DNA of 64,000 nucleotides from Rhizophagus irregularis (taxonomy: Eukaryota). Each line of letters opens with the position of its first letter. Positions within the stretch are counted from its first letter, which is position 1. The notes under the pieces are model-generated. The model had not been told where the DNA came from. It worked only from the letters and a program-made list of their open reading frames with translations, and did not search any database. The DNA lies in the NCBI RefSeq assembly GCF_026210795.1, contig NC_089435.1, positions 2,976,001 to 3,040,000 of the forward strand, in the 5' to 3' direction. The position numbers and the translations under genes were made by a program. Positions 10,306 to 22,998 of the stretch are shown here, piece after piece.

Positions 10306-12486
10306 TAGAGGTATGCTCCGAATCCGGTCAATCCGGATATCCAGTCATCCATCCGAAATTTGACCAGATTTGGATTGATCCGGATGATTCATCGGATTGA
10401 CCGGATGGATCATCGGATATCCGGTCAATACTTGCTCACCAATTTGACTGGATGGTTGACCGGATATCTGAATAATTCAGTCAATCCGGTGAATCCGGTG
10501 AATCTGAATTCAGTTTTTTCTACTTAATACTTTTTATTAATATTAATTAACAATTAGAAATTTTATAATAATAAACATAGTATTTATTTTTACGTTATTA
10601 CAAATGATTTTTAACAAATTAGTTGACACAATATTTATAAAAAGTTTAAGATTTAGAGGTCCAAGAAGGTGTCTCCCTAAAAAAAGAAGCAAAAGGAACG
10701 TTAATTACGTTCCTAAAAACAAAAAAACAAAAATACCTTTCCCCCAACTTACCTTTATAACCATGCCGAAATCCAGGTCCAAGAGGCGTCCTCCTAAAGA
10801 AAGAAGCAAAAGGAACGTTAGTTACGTTCCTAAAGACAAAAAAAACTCAAAAATAACCTCCCCAACTTACCTTTATGAAATCCAAATCTGGGAGGGCGTC
10901 TCCTAAATAAAAGAAGCAAAAGGAACGTTAATGACGTTCCTAAAGACAAAAAAAAAAGATAAAATACCCTCCCCAACTTACTTTAATAGCCCAAGCCGAA
11001 ATCCAGGTCCAGGAAGGGCGTCACCTAAAGAAAAGAAGTAAAAGGAACGTTAATTACGTTCCTAAAGACAAAAAAAACCCAAAAATAACCTCCCCAACTT
11101 ACTTTAATAGCCCAAGCCGAAATTCAGGTTAGGAAGGGCGTCACCTAAAGAAAAGAAGCAAAAGGAACGTTAATGACGTTCCTAAAAAAAAAATAAGCAA
11201 AACACTCTCCCTCAACTTACTTTAATAGCCCAAGCCGAAATCCAGATCCAGGAAGGGCGTTACCTAAAGAAAAGAAGCAAAAGGAATGTTAATTACGTTC
11301 CCAAAGACAAAAAAAAACCCAAAAATAACCTCCCCAACTTACTTTAATAGCCCAAGCTGAAATCCAGGTTAGGAATGGCGTCACCTAAAGAAAAGAAGCA
11401 AAAGGAACGTTAATGACGTTCCTAAAGACAAAAAAAAAACAAAAATTAACTTCCCTAACTTACTTTAATAGCCCAAGCCGAAATCCAGGTCCAGGAAGGG
11501 CGTCACCTAAAGAAAAGAAGCAAAATGAACGTTAATTACGTTCCCAAAGACAAAAAAAAACTCAAAAATAATCTCTCCAACTTACTTTAATAGCCCAAGC
11601 CGAAATCCAGGTTAGGAAGGGCGTCACCTAAAGGAAAGAAGCAAAAGGAACGTTAATGACGTTCCTAAAGACAAAAAAAAAAGATAAAACACCCTCCCCA
11701 ACTTACTTTAATAGCCCAAGCCGAAATCCAGGTCCAGGAAGGGCGTCACCTAAAGAAAAGAAGCAAAAGGAACGTTAATGGCGTTCCTAAAGACAAAAAA
11801 AAAAGATAAAACACCCTCCCCAACTTACTTTAATAGCCCAAGCCGAAATCCAGATCCAGGAAGGGCGTCACCTAAAGAAAAGAAGCAAAAGGAACGTTAA
11901 TTACGTTTCCAAAGACAAAAAAAAACTCAAAAATAACCTCCCCAACTTACTTTAATAGCCCAAGCCAAAATCCAGGTTAGGAAGGGCGTCACCTAAAGAA
12001 AAGAAGCAAAAGGAACGTTAATGACGTTCCCAAAGACAAACAAAAAATCAAAATTACCCTCCCCCAACTTACCTTTATAGCCCAAGCCAAAATTGAGTTC
12101 CAGGCAGGCGTCCCTTAAAGAAATGAAGTAAAGGAACGTTTAGTGACGTTCCCAAGACAAAAGAAAAAGAAATTTACACTTACTTTTCGAAATTCAAGCC
12201 GTCCAAGTCATTCCGAAGTCCAAGTCCAAGTCCGTCCTAAAGAAAAAAAGGTGTTTTTTTTAAAAAAAAAACATTTATGTTAAAAAAAAAAAAAAAAGTT
12301 ATGAATTTGACCAGATTATCTGATCAATCCAGTCAATTCGGTAATCCGTGTAACATCCGATCAATCCGATGTTATCCAACGGATCCATCTGGATTATCCG
12401 CAATCCGTTCATTCTTAATCCGGATGATCCGTTTTTTGATCGGATCGGATGACGGATTGAACGGATTTCACTGGAGCACACCTCTA
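10306..12486. mobile_element. Non-autonomous hAT-like element
   Basis: TIRs TAGAGGTATGCTCC / GGAGCACACCTCTA; 8-bp TSD CAACCAAG (10298-10305, 12487-12494); dense ATCCG/CGGAT subterminal repeats at both ends. Confidence 0.93.
10675..12250 (-). repeat. Array of ~13 units (~121 bp): ~79-nt intron + mostly 42/43-nt exon
   Basis: Minus strand GTAAGTTGGGGAGG...GGAACGT(A/C)ATTAACGTTCCTTTTGCTTCTTTTCTTTAG, then exon GTGACGCCCTTCC...GGGCTATTAAA. Confidence 0.88.
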
Positions 12487-12881
12487 CAACCAAGGTGTTT
12501 GTGCACAGAACAGATAGCATGGTTATGGGTTCGATTCCCTACTCTTTGGGTCCTGGTTGGTGATCCCTGGTGGTTGATACCCACCATAAGGGGTGATCCT
12601 GGACAGATGCCTGCTACTTCCTGTCTGAGTGGTCACTACAAAGTATACCACTTGGGGTAAACAACTGTACTATCAGTGCTAGGTAATTGCGGGCTGTAGT
12701 GGCCTTTGAGTGAGACTTAATACCTAAAATGGTGGTATGGAAGGGTACTAGATGGTTGATGTTACCTGTCGAAAGTCCTCCATGAAAGTAGGTGCTCTCT
12801 AAAGGTCATAAAATAAATTGAGTATCAGTATCATGCAATGGATATAGGATGAGTAGGCGGCGTATTCCTAGCTTCAGATCA

Positions 12882-15358
12882 CATCAGGAGTTATATTCTA
12901 TATGGATTTATATGAAAAAATGTATGTAAAATCTACATACACTATTCTATGTAGTTTTAAAGACCCAACGTGGAATTTATGTGGGTTTGATTTTATGTGT
13001 AAAATAGATTTATATGGAGTCTATATAAATTTTTTGCATTAATTTCAAATAAATTTTATGTATTTTTTGAATAGATAATATAATATTTAATAATGTAAAT
13101 TATAAATTGCAAATTTATTATTGTTTACTTTTAATATTGTACAATAAATTACAAATTTCTTTAGTTATCAACTAAAATTAATTGTAAAACATTTAAACGA
13201 TGCAAAGCCTTCAACCAGCAGGTTTCAGAACTTACCGTTACTATCCATGTTGACAAAGCATCAAATCCGAAGCTGATCCTATAAAAAAATGAAAAATGGT
13301 TAAAAATCATTTCTTAAATAAAGAAAGAAGTTTCAAAATTGAGTAAATTTCGAAACTCACCTTTCACATAACTATATTCACTCCTCCAAAGTGCAAAACC
13401 TACAAATAATTAAAGAAGCAGTTAGTAGTAAACTGTTAACTTTAAAACTTTAAAATTTTCTTTTTTTTTTTAATTAATTAAAGTTTCAAAACTTACATAT
13501 TCATTCATCCTACAGACAAATTTTTATCTGAATCCCACGACAGGTTAGAGGCTTAAAGCTAAGTCCTATAAAAAAAAAATCATTAAAGAAGAACACTTAA
13601 ATTATTTTTAAAATTTTTTGAAATTCATCAAAAATTCACAATTAATTCAAAAATTGGATGTCGAATTTCTACAAAAAATAAAAAAATGTTAAAGTTCTTA
13701 AAAATTATGAATTTACTCAAAGATTTAAAAAGGAAATTTGCATTTTTGTTAAAAGAGTGAATTGAAGCTTACCTCACCCTAGGAATTTGAAATTAGAAAA
13801 AAACATACAAAAAAGAAAGAAATATTTTTAAAGAACATTTTTAAAGGTGGTTGAGCAGTTTTCTATAAGGTAGAAAGAAAGAAGTTACAAATTGACTTTT
13901 GTTTTAAAAAAAGTAATGTTTTCAAAATGAAAACTTGCCCAGGAGTCACCTAAAGAAAGAAAAAAAAAACTGAAAACTATTTGCTGAAATACATAAATTA
14001 ATAAAGAAAAAGTGATAGTACACGTCCAAAGATATCCAAAAGAACCAGAAGAAAGAATAGAACTGCAAGTACAGTTCGTTAAAATAAATAAATTTTAAAG
14101 AAAATAAATACAATAACTGAAATACCAAATTTCCACATGTATATCTAAAAATAAAAAATCAAAAAAAATTTCACTGGATCTTGCGAATTACTACACGTCC
14201 AAAGACCCAAAAAGATAACTGTTTAAAAGAAAGCAAGAAATATAAATCATCATATAAAAATTAAATGATTTAATGAAACCCTAACTGAAATTCTGCACGT
14301 TCATAGACCCAAAATTTCAGCCGCTTAAAGAAAAGAAAAAAGAGCCATTTAGAACTGTTAAAAAAATGAAAACTTACAGAAATATCGTGTTCAGAAGACT
14401 AAAAAAATCCAAAAAAAAAAAATTGAGTTATAAAATATTTTTAACGAGAAAGGGGAAAGAATAAAGGAGAGGTAATGGAAAAATGAGGAAAAGGAAAAGG
14501 GAAGAATGAAAGAAAGGAAAGGAAAAAAATGAGAAGGAAAAGGGGAAGAATGAGAGAAAAGATAATGACAAAAGAGGAAAGAAGACTTCATTGAAAAAAA
14601 AAGTTTAAAAAAAAATTAACTGTTAACTGCAAGTAAATACATTATATCACGTGATACATGTGATGTAGTTTACCTTTTTTGAAGTGGAAAAAGTTGTAAA
14701 GCTATTGAAAACGTGAAGATGAAAAGGAAGAGAAAAAAATTGATAACAAGAAAGAAGATAGTTGAGAAAATATTAAAGAGTTTATAGAAGAAGAACGAAA
14801 AAAGAAAAAAAAGTGATAATTTCACGATTAAGCCTAAAAAAAATTTAGGTCGTACAAAATCATGTAATGTAACTAAATAGTTTATAGTATAACTGTATAA
14901 CCAAACTATAATAGTTTGTTCTAGTTATTTCGAATGAATTTACACTATTAAAAATTAACTTATATAATCCATATAGATTTATATGAAAATTTTAAATAAA
15001 ATGTATATTTGAATTTTATATGTATATAATCAGTATATAAAATGTTTGTATAATATTTATTTGATTTTATATTATACATGGATTTATATTTAAATAGTTC
15101 TGTATTTGTATAATTTTATTTAAAATATTTGCATCATATTTATTTGGCTATAAATTACACATGAATTTATATTTAAATAATTTTATATTTATATGCATAT
15201 TATATAGAATATTTATAATATTTTTACATTTATATAAAAAATAAGTAGATTATTTATATATATTACAGATTTATAAAAATTTATGTAACAAATTTATATT
15301 GGATATATATAAAGTTATAGATATTACATAGAATCTATAAAAAATACAACTCCTGATG
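12882..15358. mobile_element. Non-autonomous TIR element of the CATCAGGA family, with a degenerate internal intron/micro-exon series
   Basis: TIRs CATCAGGAGTTATATT / AATACAACTCCTGATG; 2-bp TSD CA; minus-strand GTAAGT/GTGAGT...polypyrimidine-TAG units between ~13230 and ~14380. Confidence 0.88.
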
Positions 15359-15636
15359 CAGCCTTAAAAGTGTCCTGATGGGGGATGTCTTCTGTAGTGG
15401 TGCTGTTACCTGAAAAATTAAGTACTCGGTATAATGGTTGCCCAATGAAGATGATAGGATACTAGCCAGAGAATGCCTCAAAAAGAGGTAGAGGGAGGCT
15501 TGGCTGTAAACACTAGCAAAGTAGAAAGACAATCTAACCACCATTCAACTCATTATTATGAGACGATTCCAATGAGCTATGGTGCATCTTTCTACGATCA
15601 TTGGATGCTGAGTTATTACGTGAAACATAATATTTT

Positions 15637-15746
15637 AGGTTTCAACAATTTCGACATGTCAAAACTATTTCAGCATTTTGACAAATCAGAGAGCTAATGT
15701 CAAAATGTCGAAATAGTTTTGACAATTTCGACATGCTGAAACTCCC
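15637..15746. repeat. ~110-bp foldback, MITE-like
   Basis: TGTCAAAACTATTTC..CATTTTGACA is inverted against TGTCAAAATG..GAAATAGTTTTGACA; no clear TSD. Confidence 0.55.
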
Positions 15747-15834
15747 TAATTTTGGCAGGCAACTTTAGGTAGTATACAATACATTTACAACCAAGAAATT
15801 TTGTATACATGGCCAATTTCTTATTGATTTGTTG

Positions 15835-16033
15835 CCCTATAAAAAATTTTTATCTGAATATTTCCATTATTTCTCTGTGTCTTCCATAAAAATTCCATGA
15901 AAATGATACATTCATGGATATCCGTATTAGCGAGATGAAAATTTCCATAATTTAAGGCTATAAATTCCATTAAAATGATACATTCACGGAAAAAATATGG
16001 AAAGATAAAACACGGATCAGATTTTTTACAGGG
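15835..16033. mobile_element. 199-bp MITE of the CCCT(A/G)TAAAAAA family
   Basis: TIRs CCCTATAAAAAAT / ATTTTTTACAGGG; 3-bp TSD TTG on both sides. Confidence 0.85.
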
Positions 16034-16559
16034 TTGGTAATTTCAACTAAATCCTATTAAAATGTGCATCATGGAATTTAGTTGTAAACTTGTCCAATTT
16101 CCATGAAGTTTATAGGCCTTTTGAAACTAGCAGATTTCCACTACAATAAATTTAGCTTAAATTGTAATTATCATAAATCTAAGTAAAATTTTGTATATTA
16201 TAAAGAAATAATAATAAAATCTTATTTAAATTTAGTATAATTACAAATAAATGCCTGATTTACACTTTATTTGCTAAATAAAGAATCACAAAAAGTATTG
16301 AATTTACTGTACATTTTCTAATGTGTTCTTCAGTTCAATTATGCCCTGTATAACAAATTTCTGTAATATATTACAGTATTAAAGTAGAATTAAAATTAGT
16401 CTAATTTTTACAAGTTGCATATCTAAAACAAAAAACAACATATTAAACTTACCATTATTAATAATTCCTTACTTTTCTGGTGTGTTTCTCATTGTATATT
16501 ATGAAATTAGTCCACTTTACACATTTGTAGCTGTATTTGACATGTACTTTATCTAAGAC

Positions 16560-17846
16560 TTACTCAAAGTCCAAAGTTAAAATCAAAACCAAAGTTTAAT
16601 AAGAAAGTTAAGATAAAGTCAAATTTAAATGGGGTTTCTTTATTCATGTCTGGTGTCAGGGATTATAATAGTTTTTATGATCTTCCTTGGATTTCTAAAT
16701 GGAACAGCATAGTTATAGAAAATCTTTAAGAAAGCTAATAACATTATTAAACAACCAATACGAAAAATTTGGAAAGATTTTTAAATTTAAATAGAAATGT
16801 TAAGTATAGAAAATGTGAAATAGATTGGTCAATTTTCTTTAATAATTTTTTGGGAGAAAAACAAAAATTATACACTGATTTCAAAGAATCAAAATTAGAA
16901 GACGCAAAATTCAGTTGATGATTTGAAGAACTTCAGTTCCTTGCACTGAACAAATCAAAAGAACTTTATTTTCATTATATAAAGAGAGGTTTTGTCCTAG
17001 TATGTGTGAAGAGGATGAAGAAGATTTCAATCATATCTAGTTTTGTGAAGTAAGACGAGAGGACATGGATGATTTAATTTTAGGAGTACAAAATTGGCTT
17101 CTTTTAGAAATTAATAAAATGTTAGATCCTATTAATCATATTACTCTTGAACACATTAAAATCAATGATATTTGGAAACTTGAAATTTTGAGGATCACAT
17201 AACTTTCATAGATTTAATTAAAGGTTTCTTTCCTTGTCTGTTAATTAATTTTTTTAAACAATTATTATCTACAAAATCAAAAGTTGAAATTTTGTCATAT
17301 AATTTTAAGAATGAAATTTTGGATAAATGTATGATTTTTTGGAAAATGAGATGTAATAAACTTAATGAAATTGATAGAGGTTTGGGAATTGATAAAAATG
17401 TTAAAAAACAACATTTTGGTAAAGAGCAGTTTATTGACAAAACGCGTAAATCAAAAAATAAGAATTACTCTAATCTACAAAGTCTTCAAAGTCATATTTT
17501 ATTTTGGGTAATACAATAAATTATGGTAGTGTTTCGTAGTATTGTTTTTATTATTTTTGATGTAGTAGTAGTTGAAGAAGTTGTGGCGGGTTTTTATATA
17601 ACATTACCGAAGTTTATACGAATAGTAGTAGTTATGCGGATAGTTTAGTGAACCTATTTGGGAGCAGGATGGTAGCTAGATAGTTCTTTTGAACATAAAA
17701 TCTTAAATCCCTAATAATATTATAGTATAGTTCGATCGTGTTCTTTACTAAATGTTATATAATGTAGATCATTTCCTTTTTTGTAATTTTTCTTATTTCT
17801 AATTTCTAAATACTGAAAGTAATAATTTGACTTCGTAAAAAAAAAA
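16560..17846 (+). mobile_element. 5'-truncated, decayed non-LTR retrotransposon (LINE) 3' end
   Basis: Broken frame reading LYKERFCP..CEEDEEDFNHI*FC (C-terminal CCHC knuckle of LINE ORF2) and IFWKMRCNKL, then a 3' UTR and poly(A) at 17837-17846. 5' limit approximate. Confidence 0.75.
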
Positions 17847-18333
17847 TTATAAAGAACAAAGAAAAGTATCGGTACATGTTACATCGTTTTATTGATCGTG
17901 AAATGGGACATAGAAAATTTATCAGTACAGGCAATTATCAGTATATCGGCCTGACTGTAGATCTTAAACAATATATATTATAACTATTTTATAAGAATTT
18001 TCTTTATAACGATTTTTTTACATATCAAAGATTTGCTAGTAAATTTATTATAAAAAATTAATACCATTTTTCATGAAATCATTCTTAAATGAATATTTTC
18101 ATGTATTTTATTATGGTTTATGATATAACATATTCTACCAGATTTCCTATTACAAACAAATTTTGTAGTGTGGCACAGGTAAATTTTTCTCGAGTTACAC
18201 CGATAGGCACTGGCGCTAGAATGTCACCATAAAAGGTTAAATAGTATGAAAATCACGAATATTTTAATGCAGTACAAGGTAGTTTTATGTTTCAACTGCT
18301 GTTAAAAACTTGACAAAAAATTATTTCAAAGAA

Positions 18334-21300
18334 ATGGAAGAAACCGGCCTTAAAGAACCAAATTATTATATCAATTGGTTAGAAAAATCGATTGCAGATG
18401 AATATCTCAATTATTATGAATATTCTGAATTTAAAAATTTAAAACCGATAGGAAATGGTTCATTTGGAAGTGTCGTTCGTGCTAATTGGAAAAATGCTGG
18501 AAATTTTTTTGCTTTAAAGACCTTCAAAAATAATTGTAACACAACACTAAAAGAACTTGTTAACGAGGTAACTAATCTCGATTCTTATATTCTAGTTTTT
18601 ACATATTATAAGTATTTTTTTTTTTTTTAGATAAGATTACAAAAAAGAGTTGACTTTCATGAAAACATTATACGGTTTTATGGAATAACGAAAGTAGAAA
18701 ATGGTAAGTTTTAAGTTTGGTATACAGTGTGGGACAAAAAAAATGAGAAAACTAGTCACGTGATATAAAATGATCTACATCGCCAAAAATAGATTGTTTT
18801 TGTACCACCTTAATACATAATAAATAACACGTTTGTGGCGACGTTTGACAACCTTTGTGTTTACCAACACCCTTTACTTAACGAGAAAATTCCCACATAA
18901 AATCTTGCGCAATGACGAAAACTTACGATGAAACTCTATTAAGATTGTGGAATAACGGTATACATGATGCTAAAAAACTACACAAGCTTACGAACATTTC
19001 ACTATCCACAATTTATAGAAAAATCAAAAAAATCAAAAAAAATGGTTTGTTAGAGCATGCTGGAGGGAATGGTAGACCTAAAAAGATTATCGCAAGCGCC
19101 TCCCGTGTACTTAGCCAATATGTAAGGCATGATTCTTCTCTTTCCACAAGGACTTTAGCGAGAAAATTACAAAATATAGGTGTAGAGGCATCATATAGAA
19201 CTGTTGGAAGGCACCTTTCAGGTGTTGGCTATTTAAAAAGACTACCCAAAGCAACACCAATGCTGACCGAAGCACACAAAATAAAACGGGTAGAGTGGGC
19301 AAGACAACATATTAATGACCGATGGAATAAAACTTTGTTTACAGATGAAACAGCATTCCAGCTTTTTAGGAATACTGTAGAACGTTGGTATAAAGGAGAG
19401 AGGCCGGTTCGGCGTATGCCTAAAGATCGTACAAAAATTATGGCGTGGGGCGGTTTCAGCGCAAAGGGGAAAACAAGCTTATTTTGTTTCAAACAAATCA
19501 TGAATGCCGAATTTTATGTGGAAATTCTTCGTAGACATGCTCCTGAGATGTCCCAGATGCTTGGTGATCATTGGCGCTTTCAACAGGACAATGATCCCAA
19601 GCATACGAGTCGTCTTGCAAAGGCCTTCCTCACAGAAAATTTCCCAGTAGTTTTAGAGTGGCCATCCAATAGCCCCGACTTAAACCCCATTGAAAACTTA
19701 TGGTCAATTATTAAGAATAAAGTAGAGAAACGGATGCCAAAAAATCTCGATGATCTGGAGAAATTTATGGTGGAGGAGTGGCAAAATATACCAAATACCG
19801 TTCTAATCAATCTTTCAAAGTCAATGAAACGACGTTGTGAGTTAATTATTGAAAAAAATGGTGAACGTATACCATATTAATTTTTTTTTAATAAAATTGT
19901 CTGGTCTTTGGCTTTAAAATAAAAAAAAATTCACGTGATTTATTATAATAATTGAGCGTGTATGACCTATGTTTTGATTCTCATTTTTTTTGTCCCACAC
20001 TGTATATTACATTATTTAATGAGCTTAATTTTAATATACTCTTTGTATCCAGAAAAATATTCGTTAGTCTTAGAATATGCTAACAATGGTACATTAAAAA
20101 CTTATTTAAATGAGCATTTTAATGAACTCACTTGGGCCGATAAATATCAATTAGCATTTCAACTAGCCACTGCAGTAGAATGTTTACATGATTGTAATAT
20201 TATTCATCGTGATCTGGTAATAATAAATTATTAGCTTTGTAATTTGTTATTTTATTATTTTATTATATTCTTACTAAATAAGATTCTTTATAATAATAGC
20301 ATGCAGATAATATACTTGTACATCAGAAAAATCTAAAACTGACGGATTTTGGTTTATCAAAAAAAATCGCCGAGGTATCAAGCAATGTATCAAAAATACT
20401 TGGCGTAATACCTTTCATTGACCCCAAAAAGTTACATGATCAAGGTTACAAATTAAACAAAAAATCTGATGTATACGGAATAGGAGTTTTAATGTGGCAA
20501 ATTTCAAGTGGCCGTCAACCATTTTTTGATTATAATTATGATGTAAGTTTAATCTTATCCATAGCAAATGGTAAACGAGAAGAAATTATTGATAATACTC
20601 CTAAAGAGTATAGTAATTTGTATACAGGTAATTTAAATTAATAATTTTATAATTTATAAATTTCTTGAAAGAAAGTTTAACAATATTTAAATAACTAGAA
20701 TGTTGGAAATATGAGCCAGATGAACGTCCAAATATACAAAATGTCGTTTCAATCCTTTATGCACTAATATTTCCTAAACAAGATGATATAATTATTGATA
20801 CTGTTAATAAAGAAAAAGAAAACAATCAACTAATAGAATCAATTGGGACCATGGATTTAAATAATGCATTGATGTCAAATACTGGATTAAATTTAATGGA
20901 CACTGAGAAAAATTTATCAAATACAACAATTCAAACAAATTCATCAATATTTCCATATGGGTCGACATTTGATAAGGTAAACAATATAGTTGTTGAAAAT
21001 TTAATTGAAGAAATAAACAGCAAACATGATAGGGAAGGTATTAATTTTCAAGATATTAAGCAATTTATTAATCAACAAGTATTAGAATTAAATCAAAGCT
21101 TGGACGATCTCATTAAATGGCTATCTAAGCAAGTAAATCCACAATATGTTTATTTACTTGGATTACTTTATTATTATAATATTGGTACAGATGAAGGTAG
21201 TACAAAGGCATTTGAACTATTTTTAAAAGCATCTGAAAATAATTATTCATTTGCACAAGTTTATCTTGGAAAATGTTATTATGATGGTGGATATGGAATT

Positions 21301-22998
21301 GAATGTAATCATAATTTAGCATTTAATTGGATTCAAAAATCTGCAGAAAGTGGTAATATTATTGCTCAATTTTACTTAGGGAATTGCTATGAATTTGGTA
21401 TTGGAATTGCACAAAATACTATAAAATCAGTGTATTGGTATCAGAAAGCAGCTAATAATGAAAATACAAATGCAAAATTTTATCTTGCAAATTGTTATCG
21501 ATTCGGAAAAGGGGTTGATAGAAATGAGAAAAAAGCATTCGAATTAATAAAAGATTTAGCTGGAAAAGGTAATGCAGATGCCCAATTTGAGCTTGGATGT
21601 TATTATGATAAAGGAATTGGAACTGAAATTAATAAATCAAAAGCATTTGAATTATATAAAGTAGCAACAGAAAAAGGAAATAATGCAGCACAATATAATT
21701 TAAGTAGATGTTATGAATTAGGAGAAGGAGTTGATAAAGATGAAAAAAAAGCATTTGAGTTAATAAATGATTTAGTTGAAAAGGGTAATGTAAATTCTCA
21801 ATTTGAGCTTGGATATTATTATTCAAACGGAGTTGGAACTGAAATTAATAAATTAAAAGCATTTGAATTATATAAAGTAGCATCAGAAAAAGGAAATAAT
21901 GCAGCACAATATAATTTAAGTAGATGTTATGAATTAGGAGAAGGAGTTGATAAAGATGAGAAAAAAGCATTTGAGTTAATAAATGATTTAGCAGAAAAAG
22001 ATTATTTAAATGCTCAATTTCAACTTGGAAATTATTATAATGAAGGAATTGGAACTGAAATTAATAAATCAAAAGCATTTGAATTATATAAAGTAGCAAC
22101 AGAAAAAGGAAATAATGAAGCACAATATAATTTAAGTTCTTGTTATCGATTAGGAGAAGGAGTTGATAAAGATGAGAAAAAAGCATTTGAATTAATGAAA
22201 GATTTAATTGAAAAAGATTATTTAATAGCACAAGCACAGCTTGGATATTATTATGAATATGGAATTGGAATTGATAGGGATATTAAAAAAGCTTTATACT
22301 GGTACCAAAAAGCAGCAGAAAATGGTGATAGAGTTGCACAGTATAATTTAGGAGAGTGTTACGAATTGGGAAAAGATGTAAATAAGGATGAAATTAAAGC
22401 ATTTGAGCTTTATAAAAAATCGGCTGTAAATGGATATATAGATGCAAAATTTATACTTGGATATTACTACGTAAATGGAATCGGAACTGAAATTAATAAA
22501 GAAAAGGGGTTTGAATTATATAATGAGGCAGCTGGCACTAACATCCAAATTAATCTTATTAAAAATGATGACGAAATAGTAAATGATTTAGACAAAGTCA
22601 ATTATTGGTATCATAAAGCTGCAGAAAATGACAATAAACTTGCATTATATAAATTAGGTGAATTTTATGAATTAGGTAAAGGGGTTGGTGAAAATGAAAC
22701 AAGAGCATTTGAATTCTATAAGAAATCGGCTGATCAAGGATATATAAATGCTCAATATAAAGTTGGGTATATTTATAATTATGGAACTCAAATCATCATT
22801 GATAAAGAAAAAGCATTTAATTATTTTACAATGGCTGCAAAAGGAGGAAATGTTGATGCACAATACAACCTCGCATCTTTATATGAACGAGGAGATGGAA
22901 CCGAAAAAAATGTTGAGAATGCCATTTATTGGTACAAAAAGGCAGCAGAAAATGGATGCCAAGAAGCTGAAAAAGGTTTAAACTTATTATTAAAATAG
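18334..22998 (+). CDS. Tyrosine-kinase-like protein kinase with a long C-terminal Sel1-repeat array (5 exons)
   Basis: Exons 18334-18567, 18631-18703, 20053-20216, 20300-20627 and 20699-22998 join in frame. Motifs [41 protein letters not shown]; 36-aa AQYNLGxCYxxGxGV repeats. Start codon inferred. Confidence 0.93.
18725..20002 (+). mobile_element. Full-length Tc1 element (1278 bp) inside intron 2 of the kinase gene
   Basis: Perfect TIRs CAGTGTGGGACAAAAAAAATGAGAA; TA TSD (18723-24, 20003-04). Confidence 0.97.
18912..19880 (+). CDS. Tc1 DD34E transposase, 322 aa, intronless and intact
   Basis: HTH region, [24 protein letters not shown]...[15 protein letters not shown] with D-E spacing of 34. 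Confidence 0.97.
   Translation: MTKTYDETLLRLWNNGIHDAKKLHKLTNISLSTIYRKIKKIKKNGLLEHAGGNGRPKKIIASASRVLSQYVRHDSSLSTRTLARKLQNIGVEASYRTVGRHLSGVGYLKRLPKATPMLTEAHKIKRVEWARQHINDRWNKTLFTDETAFQLFRNTVERWYKGERPVRRMPKDRTKIMAWGGFSAKGKTSLFCFKQIMNAEFYVEILRRHAPEMSQMLGDHWRFQQDNDPKHTSRLAKAFLTENFPVVLEWPSNSPDLNPIENLWSIIKNKVEKRMPKNLDDLEKFMVEEWQNIPNTVLINLSKSMKRRCELIIEKNGERIPY

Larger units (their letters stand above)
9874..15520 (+). mobile_element. tRNA-headed SINE-like retroposon (~980 bp net), carrying two nested DNA transposons
   Basis: 17-bp TSD GTAGAAAGACAATCTAA (9857-9873, 15521-15537). A-box-like CTCAGTGGTAA and B box GGTTCAATTCC (9943-9953); second B box GGTTCGATTCC (12528-12538). No credible ORF. Confidence 0.7.

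Noticed and set aside
5335..12250. CRISPR-like look of the hairpin repeat arrays
   Set aside because: The spacers are homologous to each other, the repeats are ~80-nt intron-like units, there are no cas genes, and the context is eukaryotic.
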